From Craspedostauros australis (lineage: Eukaryota): a stretch of 33,421 bases of DNA. Shown here in pieces: positions 10,205 to 21,325 of this stretch; position 1 is the first letter of the stretch, and every line of letters starts with the position of its first letter. A program made the position numbers and the translations under genes. The notes below the pieces were generated by a model that made no database searches, was not told the origin of the DNA, and saw nothing but the letters and a program-made list of their open reading frames with translations. The stretch is from positions 1 through 33,421 of the forward strand of contig JALAGF010000595.1 of NCBI GenBank assembly GCA_030167865.1, given 5' to 3'.

Positions 10205-11143
10205 TCACAGACCGAAATGCTTCCATCCATTGCTGTAGACAAAATCACCATACTCCACAATGAGCTGCTCGCCAGGTTCAATGTCCCTCGCCGCGAACAG
10301 CTGCGACGGGTCCAACGTTTGGTCTTCGAACACATTCACCTGGCTCTCGAAGTACGCCTGATTCGTGAAGGAAGATTCGTCCAGATCCGTACATATCGCC
10401 ACCTTGGTATTGTTCGTCAAACGCAGCACGTAGGACCACACCATCACGTCGCAGGCCAACCGCACGGGAATGCTGAGGAGGAAGTTTCGGTACTGCCAAC
10501 CTTGCTCGAAGCATCCCGTGTATCGCTCGTCCCAGATCTTCGTGCCGTTCGCAATGGATGCTTTCGCAAAGACGCCGCGTCCCATGAGGGGGTGATATCC
10601 GACGTAGACGGGAACCTCGTATCCATTTCCATACTGAATGTCTTGGAGGCTGGATGCATCGGATCCCACGATGGCCTGGTAGGCACCTCGCAGGAGCATG
10701 AATTCTTTTTCGCCATGGATGGGTCCTGGACTTTCCAGTTCGTAGCACCCGATCTCACTTCGCATGGCCTCCTTGTTGCCGTAGTTGGATGTGACGAAGG
10801 AATCCTCCAAGACGAACACATTTTCTTGGAGAATCTCCAAGCCGTTGTCGTAGTATCCAACGGGTGGGTCCATGTGGTAGGACTCTTCCTCCTCCTCGTT
10901 CTCTTCATGCTCTTTATCGTTGACATCGTTGGCTGCCGGTATCTGGATGCTGCTGTCGCTGGTCTTGGTAAAGGAAGTATCCTTGGCATCAATAGTCCCA
11001 TCCGTGTCTTCGATTTCGGTGGCGCCATCACTGTCAGTGTGCGCACTGCCGACGGTGAGAGCGATGCAAACGACGGCGACAAGAAAATGCAGAATGCTCA
11101 TTCTGCCGTGATGGAATCTGGCCATTCGAGACGTTGCAATCAT
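10205..11143 (-). CDS. SET-domain protein with N-terminal signal-peptide-like segment (copy 2, ~312 aa)
   Basis: Tandem paralog of copy 1; the C-terminal ~175 aa are highly similar (PIHGE.EFMLLRGAYQAIVG...GRGVFA...DLDESSFTNQA...GWKHF.L). Start taken at ATG 11143 (MIATSRMARF...SILHFLVAVVCIALTVGSA); nearby downstream Mets are alternatives. Confidence 0.85.
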   Translation of the reverse strand: MIATSRMARFHHGRMSILHFLVAVVCIALTVGSAHTDSDGATEIEDTDGTIDAKDTSFTKTSDSSIQIPAANDVNDKEHEENEEEEESYHMDPPVGYYDNGLEILQENVFVLEDSFVTSNYGNKEAMRSEIGCYELESPGPIHGEKEFMLLRGAYQAIVGSDASSLQDIQYGNGYEVPVYVGYHPLMGRGVFAKASIANGTKIWDERYTGCFEQGWQYRNFLLSIPVRLACDVMVWSYVLRLTNNTKVAICTDLDESSFTNQAYFESQVNVFEDQTLDPSQLFAARDIEPGEQLIVEYGDFVYSNGWKHFGL

Positions 11144-12246
11144 TGCTTCTCCTTCTCTACTTCGGCTTGATTTGGCCTGGCCTGGCGCCGCTGCCGCTGC
11201 TGTTGCTGCTCCGGACAATGAGGAAGGTCCAATTGTGGTCCCCTGGCGCTCCAGAAGTACTCGGACAAAGAGGAGAGCAGTTCGATGCGTCACTTCACTT
11301 CACTTCGCTCCACTTCAGTTGGTTCTATTGGTTCTGCTTGCACCTCTGGGAACATGCGTTGGGTGTCCCCGTATGTGCTATGGAGTGTGTTCTTCCTTGT
11401 GCCTGCGATGGCATTGTCGATGAACACATCCACTCACCCACGGCGAGCCGTTGGTGTTGGTTGTGGTTGTGTGAATTGGGTCCGTTGCGTTTCGAAAAAG
11501 ATGAGAACCTCAATGGGTCTACAACAGTACCTCGGGGTGTTGGACCAACCGCTGTTCTCCCCACAACCCATCACACTTTTCTCCCCTTTTCGGTCCGTGT
11601 GCATCACGACCACACAAGAAGACAACTATGTCGCGTCAGATCGGATTGTGCATCGCGTGGCCATTTCTCTGGTGTGGCTTCGATGGAAGCCCCAGGACGA
11701 TGACAAGGGTCGCGACGGGATGACGAGGCAACATGGTCCCAAACCGAAGTTCCAGCGTCATCCCACCACCTGCACTAGCTACTCGTGCCGCACACCACAA
11801 GCAACTTGTCTGTCACAAAGACGTCCCTTGGGCTCAAACGCATCGTGTGGACAAGAGAGAGAGCATTCATTTGAAGATTGGAGAATCGAAGAGCAAAACG
11901 AAGGAAATCCAACGTGTTCCTCACATCATTGTTGTGGCACGATTGGGCTCTCAGACATTTCCAAACCCTTTGCGAGCTGCTCGTGTTCAGTCTGTTAGTG
12001 CTGGCCACTGATTGCGGACGAGAGGGAGATAGAGAGTACTGCAGAGCTGCCCGTATTGGCACCCAACGGCGACGCAGTCAAAGGTGCCAGCATCCATCGT
12101 GCAATTGATCTGTGGGGCTGCGAGCACCTTTGCGAGTACGACGACGAGCACGACGAGTCGATGGTTGCCCAGCCACATCGATAGATCATAAAAACTCCAC
12201 AGTGGACACTTCGCACTCCATCACCGACGTCAAGCACCAACACAGC

Positions 12247-15200
12247 ATGGCACCCAACCAACAGCATCAGCGAAAGCCCCCAACAACGGCGGCCTGCAAC
12301 AGTGCAGGTGATGCCACGGCATGGGAGGAGAATGGAACCAGCGGTCCACCATCACCTCACAAGCCATCCTCAGAGAAGGTACTCACACCATGGCCGGAGC
12401 ATACTGTCGAGCAATCGGGGCTGCTCTGGGCATCGATCAACCCGTCCGATTGGATTTACACCTATATGAATCCGTTGCTACGAAAAGGCAGCCAGCGCAA
12501 CAAGATGTTGGGGGAAGAGCTCACGCAGGATGATCTGTTTGCGGTGCCGCCGAACATGAGGACATCGGAGCTTGTTCATCAATTCAATGGATTGTTTCGC
12601 AAGCACCGCGAGGATAATCACAGGCTGACACGGACCTTGTTCGATTTGTCGAAGCCGGTCTTCCTGCCTGCGGGATTCTGCCAGCTCGCCACCGTCTTCT
12701 GCCAGGTCACGATGCCCATGCTGGTGCGGGAATTGCTGAAGCTGCTGGAGGACCATCCCGGCGAGAAGATCGAGCGGGAGGGTTTGCCACTGGCCATTGG
12801 CATCTTCCTTTGTCTCTTCTTCAATGCGTTGGCAAATCACAGGCATCGCCATTTGGCGACCAAGGCGGGTATCCTGCTGCGATCGGTCGTCGTCGGTGTC
12901 ATCTATCACCGTATTCTGCACCTTTCGCCTGCTGGCCGTGCCGGTCTCACATCTGGCGAGACCAACACGCTCGTGGCGATCGACACGCACAAGCTCTTCG
13001 AGGTCACCCAAGAGGCGCACCTCGCCTGGTCCATGCCTCTCTCTGTCACTTTGGTCACGATCTGCCTCATCATCATCACCGGCCCCACCGCTATCATTGG
13101 GCTGCTGGTGCTCGTTCTCTTCGTGCCGGCCGTGGAACGTGTGGCCACCAAGATGCTTGGGGTTCGCCATGAACGCGTCAAGAAGACGGACCTGCGAGTC
13201 GAAGTCATCAGCTCCATGCTGCAAGGAGTGAGTATTTAGTCGTACCAGTACGGCACTGTATACAATTGGGTGCGAATGCAAGAGTGCCATGAGAGTGTCG
13301 GAAGGGCGCAGTGCCTCCATCATGTGACCATGCCATGTGCCATGCCTCATCGAACCACGGGCGCTTCCTTTGCTTGCACATTCTCATGCTCCAACCTATT
13401 TCTCATTCTGCTTTGCTCTATTTCGTTCCACCCACTCGCTCACCCTCACGCCATGTGGCAGATCAAAGTCACTAAACTCAACAGCTACGAGGACAAGTAC
13501 AGGAGCAGAATCGAAAAGATACGAAACGAAGAACATGCATTGCTCCGCAAGGAACTCGCATGGTGGGCCATGTCTCTGGTGATCACCGTCGTCTCGCCAT
13601 TGATCGTAAGTCCCCTGTCGTGTCGTGTTGTGCCGTTCCATGCTGTGCAACGCTCGTGTCCGTAAAGTAACACAAGATATCACACCCCGATCTGGTACAA
13701 GCTCACCCTCCACCACGCACTCTATCCAACTTTTCTCGTCGCTATCCCTGCCACTCCCGCTGCCAATTCCCCACCCGTGACAGGCGAGCGCGTCCACGTT
13801 CGTGGCCTACGTCCTGGTAGATGACGGCAATGTTCTAACATCGTCGCGAACATTCGCTGTCCTGCTGCTCTTCCAAGCACTGCGTTTCCCCATCTCCTAC
13901 ACCGGTCGGTTGATTGGCCGAGCGGCGCAGGCATTGGAGTCCATCCGTCGCATTGAAAGCTTCCTTCAGAGAAGCGTTCGAAACACGGATGATGACAAAG
14001 TCTTGGCCAAGCCATCCGCAACAGGCGACAATGAAGACAGCGATAGTCCCGTGCTTTCGGTCAACAATGGAGTGTTCACGATCGGTGACAGCCAAGTAAC
14101 GCAGCGCGCAGGTGAAGGCAAGAACGACGACAGTCAAGACCTTGACGATACGAGACGTTCACGAGCGAACGTCGCATTTTCAGTGTCGGACGTTGATTTT
14201 TCTGTGAAGCGCGGCGAGATTCTGGCAATCGTGGGTCCGGTCGGTAGTGGCAAGTCCACCATCATCAGCGGATTGATCGACGAAGTGCAGTCATCCAGCC
14301 AAACCAAGCTTTCGAGGACCGGGAAGACCACCTATGTGAGCCAAACACCGCTAGTCCTGAACACCACGCTGCGGGGGAACATCCTATTCGGGCTGCCGTA
14401 CGACGCAAGCTGGTACAATACGGTGATCGAGGCGTGCTGCCTGCTCCCTGACCTCAACCAGCTGGGCGCGAGCGGCGACCTGACGGAAATTGGTGAACGT
14501 GGTGTCACTTTGTCGGGCGGGCAGAAGCAGCGCGTGTCCATCGCTAGGGCCATCTATGCCAAGCCTGATCTCCTTCTCATGGATGACCCCATCTCTGCAC
14601 TCGGTAAGACATATGCATTCATGATTTTGCAGTGTGTGCCGACCAGTCCATGTGTTGCAGGCTTGATTCTACTCTGTTTCGTTGAGGCTCTCCACCGCTT
14701 CCCATTCATCTGATCTCACTGCATCGTCTTCAAGTCGTCACTCTCACTCCCATCCACACCTTCCCAACCGCTGACATGCTCCGAGGACCTTGTAGATGCT
14801 GGAACGGCAAGAAAGATCTTCGACACTCTCGTCAAGTCCAAGGGCTCCATGCTGAAGAACACCGGCATCGTGCTTGTCACGCATGCTTCGCATTTCCTGA
14901 ATCGCGTCGACAACATCTTCGTGGTGGTGGAAGGTCAAGGGAAGTTCTACGGGACCTGGTCAGACCTGTCAAAGTTCAAGAGTCAGGATGACAAGACGAA
15001 CGACGCCGTCGAATTCATCATCTCGTCTGTCCAGGAAGGCTATAGCGACGACGATGAAGGTGGCGAACAGGACCGCAGCACTGAAAATACCAACCATGCT
15101 GGCGACGGCACCAGCAGGACCAGCAAAAAGCATCGGCCTTCTCCGAAAGATGATGCAAAGAAGGCAATGGGAAACGTCGATGATGGAAAGAACGGTGACA

Positions 15201-17068
15201 AGCTCATGACAATCGAAGAGAGGAAGCATGGTCTATCCAGCATTCGCACATGGTTGCTTTGGTTTTCTCATGCCGGCGGTCTACCATTCATCATCACACA
15301 GGCTCTCCTATTGACGCTCGACCGAGTGGCGTACGTGGCAAGCGAGTACTGGCTCGCCCGATGGACGGAGGGCGAAGATGAGCCGGTGGAGGTGTTTGGC
15401 TTCATCTATCCGGCCCAAATTGAAGGCCGGTCAGCTCAGTACGAATACCTCGCGGTCTACGCAGTCATCATCATGTCCAGCATCGTCTTCACAATGTTTC
15501 GATCGGAATGGGCGGTGACCGGAGGTGGGAGATGCTCCAAGCGGGTGTTCTCGGCCATGCTGGACAAGGTCCTTCTGGCGCCCATCTCCTACTTTGAAAG
15601 CACGCCCCTCGGACGCATTCTGAACCGCTTCACGTACGACACAGAGGTCATCGATCTGGCACTGACCGAGGCCATGTCCATCCTGATGATCGCAACTGGT
15701 TGGTTCGTGGCTGGCGTGGCGATCATGGTCACCATCATGCCATGGATCGGGTTTGCTCTCATCCCGGCCGTCATCTTGTACTGGAATCTGTCGCTGCACT
15801 ACAGAAAGTCAGGCACAGATCTCCAGCGCATCGATGCTGTCGCGCGTAGCCCGATCCAGGCCATGCTCTCCGAAGGTCTGGATGGCGCATCGACCATCCG
15901 CGTCTTCTCACAGCTCGACACATTCATCGACAAGTTCTTCGTGGCGACAGACAAATCGAGCTCCGCTCTGCTGAATTTCATCTCGGTGCAGCGATGGCTC
16001 GGCGTTCGGATCGAAATCCTCGGATCGTTCATCGTCCTCATCGCTTCCATTCTGATCGTCACCATCAATGATTCGCTGGATCTCACCGCGGGAATTGCGG
16101 CGCTGCTGATCATCTGGGCCAGCAACTTTACAGTTACCTTGGGATTCCTCGTGGATTACTTCGCGGAAGGCGAAGCGGCCATTACCTCCATCGAACGTGT
16201 TGATGCCATGACCACCATCCCCCAGGAAAAGGCCATGTCCACGGACGCGTCGATGAAACTGGCCCCGTCGTGGCCAAGCCAAGGCAGGGTGGAATTCAGC
16301 AGCGTCTGTCTCAGGTACAGGCAGGGTCTTCCGTTGGCGTTGGACTGTCTGTCATTCGTCATACCGCCAAGCAAACGAGTTGGCGTGGTAGGACGCACCG
16401 GAGCGGGCAAGAGCTCCCTGACCGTCGCCCTCTTCCGCCTCACCGAGATCGAGTCCGGTCAGATCATGCTGGACGGCGTCGACTTGTCACGCATTGGTCT
16501 GAATGACGTCCGTGGTCGGACGGGAGGGATGAACATCATTCCGCAGGATCCGTTTATTGCGGGCACGACCCTGCGGGAGTGCGTGGATCCGTTTGGGTTG
16601 GCGGATGATAAGGACATCCTTGATGCCCTCAGTACGGTGAAGCTGATTGAGGAATCGGCGTCAATCAATGAGTTGGAAACTGAAGTCGCAGAAGGCGGCT
16701 CCAATTTTTCCGTCGGAGAACGCCAGCTCCTCAACCTCGCTCGTGCTCTGCTGGCGAAGCCCAAGCTCTTGCTCCTGGATGAAGCCACGGCCAGCATCGA
16801 CGGTGAAACGGACGCGCTGATCCAGCAAATGCTGCGCAAGCGCTTCGAGGGCACCACACTGATCACTATCGCACATCGCCTCAACACGATCATGGATTAT
16901 GATCTCATCCTGGTCATGGACAAAGGCAGAGCGGTCGAGTTCGGGCATCCGTTCGAGTTGCTGGATCAAGGAGGCCTGTTCTCCGAACTGGTTGACGCGA
17001 CCGGCACGGAGAGTTCGAGGGCACTGAATGACATCGCTCGGCTGTCGATGACCGAATTGCAATCGTAA
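12247..17068 (+). CDS. ABC transporter subfamily C (MRP-like, full TMD-NBD-TMD-NBD, ~1405 aa, 4 exons)
   Basis: Proposed exons 12247-13227, 13462-13605, 13784-14603 and 14796-17068; all GT-AG and frame-consistent. NBD1 GPVGSGKS, EIGERGVTLSGGQKQR, LMDDPISALD; NBD2 GRTGAGKS, NFSVGERQL, LLDEATASID, TIAHRL; TP.GRILNRF in TMD2. No TMD0. Confidence 0.95.
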
Positions 17069-17326
17069 GCGTAGCTCGTACGGGTGCGCGCACGAGTAGA
17101 CCGGCTCTGAGAACCATTGTCATACTATTATACGAGCTACAGGTAGTAGTGTAGATACTGCTAGGACATGTATTATGTATTATCGTATTTTACGATACAG
17201 ACCATTTGCTTATTGGTGCGCATGGTATGGTATGGTATGAACAGGTATGTATGTACGAGCACAAGAGCGAGCACAAGAGCAAGCACAAGCGCAAGTGCCA
17301 ATACGTGTACGTGTGTATGTGATGCT

Positions 17327-19948
17327 CTATTCTGGAGGACCCGACTTGTCTTGATCAACGTCCCCAAGAATCGAGATGCCGCTGATTCTGGAATGCAAAC
17401 GGCGCGTTCCGCTCACTTCATCCTTCTCGATGATGTTCAACCGCGGTTGCAACTGCCCAAGCTGAGCAAGCTCCTGATCGATTGGCTGCACGCCAAGATC
17501 GAACATCTTCAGACTTTCCAAAGTGCCACCCACACGTGTTTCATCCATGAGGCCTTGGCACTCGAACGGCGATTCGTGGTGAGACGACGCGGCGTCCGCG
17601 TCGGGGACTTCTACCTCTACCGGAATTTCGAATTCGACAGACATGTGCTCCGCGATCGACATGGTGGCTGGCGCCTCCTCGTCGAAGTGTGAGGACATGA
17701 GGTCGGCCAGCACGTGCCTCGTCCCAAGGTCCTTGCGCAGCGAGTCCTCGTTGCCGGTCCGGTGCATCATGATACAGCTCGAGCACGGGAGGTTGACCAG
17801 CAGCGCTCGCTTGCCCGCCTTTTCGACTCGGTGGACGATGCCCTGGATTCCGACGACTGCCGAATGGTCCACGATCAGAGCGTCCTGGAAATCGAGGATG
17901 ATGGTCGACGGACCGACTTCGGGAGAGCAAAGATCGATGAGCTTGTGCATTGAGGAAAAGAAGATCGCACCCTTGATATGCACGTACATCACCTGCTTCT
18001 CTTCGCCATTGACGATCATTTGCTTTTGAGCGATGTCACCCTGGACGTGATCACCTGAGTCCCATGCGTGGACGAGAGCAGAAAACACGACCCCGACAAT
18101 AATGGCGATGGCCACGTTGAAGAAGACGGCCATGACCGTGACTAGGATGATGGAGATGCTATCCGCCAGGCGTCCGTAGCGCAAGATCATGAAGGTCTTC
18201 CACTGGAACGTGGACAGGACGACCATGAACAGGACCCCGGAGAGAGTCGCGATGGGGATGAGATTGATGATCGGCCCCAGCGCGACGATGAAGAGCAGCA
18301 TGAAGACGCCGCAGATCGTGGACGAGACTCTTCGACCTCCTCCGTTCATCAGGTTGATTGTGGACTGGCCCATCATTGCGTCACCGCCCATGGCGCGCGT
18401 CAGTCCGCTCAGCAGATTGCCCAAGCCCTGGGCGAAGAGCTCTTGGTTGGATTCGGAGACTTTGGGGACGGTGTCCGTGATTTCATGGCACGCCTTAAGA
18501 GTGAGGATGGACTCGAGAGCGCCGATGGTGGCGACGGTAACCGCGTAAGTGAGGATGGTGGTGAGCGTGTCGGAAGTCAGAGGAACGTCTGGCCAGTCGA
18601 AGGCGGGGAAGGATCCGCTGATTGGCGCCGTCTCGTCTACGATGCGGGTTCCGGTTCCGATCAGCAACCGAAACACGGTGTGCTCGAGGACCGTGCCGAC
18701 AAGCAGCGCGACCAACGATGATGGGATGTTGTCTCCAATGGCAGGCACCAGGTGGAAGTACTTCATGATGACCATGCAAAGGATGACTTGCGTGATGGTG
18801 AGCAAAGTCTGGACCAACTCTCCTTGGAATGTGAGCCATTGCTTCTCTTCTTCCGTGCAGTCGATGATGAGAGGCTCGGCGTCGCAGTATTGGAACGCCG
18901 GTAGCTCCGAGACGAAGATGATGATGGCCAAGCCGTTCATGTAGCCGATGAGAGCTGTTTCTGGGATCAGTCTGACGAATTTGGCGAGGCGGAACACAGC
19001 GAACAGGATCTGGATGATACCGCAGAGGAACATGGTGAAGAAGAGGGCATTGACTCGCTGCGCTGGCGTGAGATAATCCAACGGGCCATCGTCGCGCGTC
19101 AGATCCGCAACGACAACGGCCAATGCACCGGCGGCACCTGAAGAACGAGTAAGATGAGAGAGAAGGTCGAAAGGAGAAGTTGTGTATCGATCGTTGTATT
19201 ACAGCGGAGTGTGAATGAGTGGCATGGAAATCGTTGGCGATGTGAGTGGGTGAGCGGGTGAGCGTCTTGTCCTGGTAGTAATCGTGGAGTAATAGCAGAG
19301 TCATTGCGGAGTAACGGTAGAGTCGTATCATGCTGTGGAATGCAAGTGGAGCATCGTAATATGTATTACGTCATATAATATAATATAAAATAGTATCATA
19401 CAAGTCGAGTAGAACTTACCTGAAATCATTCCAGGTTTGCCTCCAAAGATGCCGGTGATGAATGCCATCCAAAAGGTCGCTTGTAATCCGCTCAGCGGAG
19501 GCACGCCAGCCACGATGGAGAATGCGATGGACTCCGGCACCTGCATGATGGCGACGGTGAAACCCGAGACGACTTCGTTGAGTAGCGTCCGTGGGTTGGC
19601 CTTGTAGAACATCACTGACTCCGTCGTGTAGGACTTGAACCATCCTGGGCCCATCGTGATGGCGTCTTGCACAATGGAGGCCTCATTGGAGATGATGCCG
19701 CAGATCCATGCCAGGAGGCTGGGGACGAACGCGAAGAAGGGCTCCCGCAGAGGCATGCTGGGCGCTGACCGCGGCGGTTGCTTGTTCGTTGGAGATCGCG
19801 CTTGTGTCTGCGGAGACGATGAGAGCGGCGCCGCAACTTTCTCTGATATCGACACAGGTGTCGATCCAGATGAGGCCGATGATGACGACGACGACGACGA
19901 CGACGATTGGGATTGCGTCGACGACGATGGAGATGGAGATGGCATCAT
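17327..19948 (-). CDS. SulP/SLC26 anion transporter with STAS domain (~779 aa, 2 exons)
   Basis: Proposed exons 19948-19420 and 19137-17327; the intron GTAAGT...TTCAG joins GGKPGMIS-G-AAGALAVV. Motifs QVPESIAFSIVAGVPP, NQELFAQGLGN, AMMGQS and STAS-like GAIFFSS..IILDF..VDHSA. Ser-rich N-terminus. Substrate cannot be assigned from sequence. Confidence 0.93.
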
Positions 19949-20043
19949 GTTGCTTCACTGTGGTGTAGTGGGGAAGACTCCAAGGTAGAGGATCGTGTTG
20001 GTATGATGTTGCGCACTGTTGTTGTCGCGTTATGTTTGTGTGA

Positions 20044-20085
20044 AGTTTGTGAAGTATGTGGAGTTTGTGGAGTTTGTGGAGTATG
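20044..20085. repeat. Imperfect 9-bp tandem repeat (AGTTTGTGG-like, ~4.5 units) about 100 bp upstream of the SulP start
   Basis: agtttgtga agtatgtgg agtttgtgg agtttgtgg agtatg read directly. Confidence 0.8.
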
Positions 20086-21065
20086 ATAGTAGTTGTCTGT
20101 GGACTTCGATGATAGCCAGAGACCTGTCGTCGCCTCTTGAAGTAAGAACGACGTAGCAACTGCAACAACGATGATGTCGACGACGACCACGTCGACGACA
20201 GCAACGGCCTAACTTGCATCACACCAAACTCAGTCCGTACTGTTCCCTACATCATACGTGTGTGTGCTGATACGAGCGATGCCGTCCTTTCGTTGTTGCA
20301 GAAAAGAAGAAACCGTTACTTTCACATTTTCTCGCATCGTTCTTTCCCATCCTCTGCGGAATCACCGCAATCCTCTCTTTCTCTCTCCCACCTCCTCTCC
20401 CCCTTGAGTGATGTCCTTCGGTTGCATCGTGTAGTAATCGCAGAGTTACGGTGTTTGAATCCATGGATGCCAGAAGCCTCCCTGGATTCATCGGATAAGT
20501 TCTCTTCTTCTTTCCCATCCACCGAACCAACGGCTTCCTCTTCGAAGTTCCTCGAATCCCAAACAACAACGAGCGGAAGGGAGGTAGGTGCCGCGGGAGC
20601 GTGACGGCATGCCCGCGGCCATTTCCTTCTTCTCCAACAGCCATCGAGCGTGCGTCAAGTCGCCGGAGGCGTCACGAGCTGCGCTGGGGACACCAAGGTC
20701 TAGCACGTGATGAGAAGCAGACGCGTCGAACTCTCCACCACGCACGTCGCTTCCGCTTTTTGTTCATTCTCAGGTTCAAAATGTGGATAAGACCGCCAGT
20801 CTGACGTGGAAAACACGACTTCACTTATGAATCCCACTTCAATGCAGCACATCCTTCGCCTTTGGGGAAGGCAGTTCCAGTTGCCTCCGTTGTCGCTGCA
20901 ACCTCCGCCCCCTTTCCATGTGTTGCAGAGAGCTCACCATTTGGGGGAATACGAAGATGTACAGAAAGTAAATGGCATACTTAAAGACTGTCCGTACACA
21001 CGTCCTCCGTGACAGATCGTGGAGGAGTCGTGGGACACTACCATCGTACTACCCCCAATGTCACT

Positions 21066-21099
<34 letters not shown>

Positions 21100-21110
21100 G
21101 ACGACGACGA
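21066..21110. repeat. Compound (AG)n-(GAC)n microsatellite
   Basis: Read directly from the sequence. Confidence 0.9.
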
Positions 21111-21325
21111 AACTGATGGACGAGCATACGTGCGCGGACGAATCGATCGTCCGAGTGCTCATGAGATATCAACAGAATCCGGTTACTGCTTTCCTCACTC
21201 TCTCAAGACTACTCTACTCTGGTCTGCTCTACGATTCGGTAGTCTATACAATTAAGTAGTAGCATTCTATAGCAGTCTGCTTCGTCATTGCTTCTGCCAC
21301 TCGTCGCGTGCCGCATTCATCGCCG

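Noticed and set aside
10016..11170. 384-aa plus-strand ORF (and similar long antisense ORFs at 12478-13350, 18495-19331 alternative frame, 28409-29575)
   Set aside because: Shadow frames of real or decayed coding sequence with no recognisable motifs.
11285..11998. 237-aa ORF between SET copy 2 and the ABC transporter
   Set aside because: No domain signal, Cys/Arg/Ser-rich composition typical of non-coding DNA, lies in a divergent promoter; a small gene cannot be fully excluded.
17257..17297. Short tandem repeats (GAGCACAAGAGC-like) as a CRISPR-like array
   Set aside because: No unique spacers, no cas genes, eukaryotic context; ordinary minisatellite between convergent genes.
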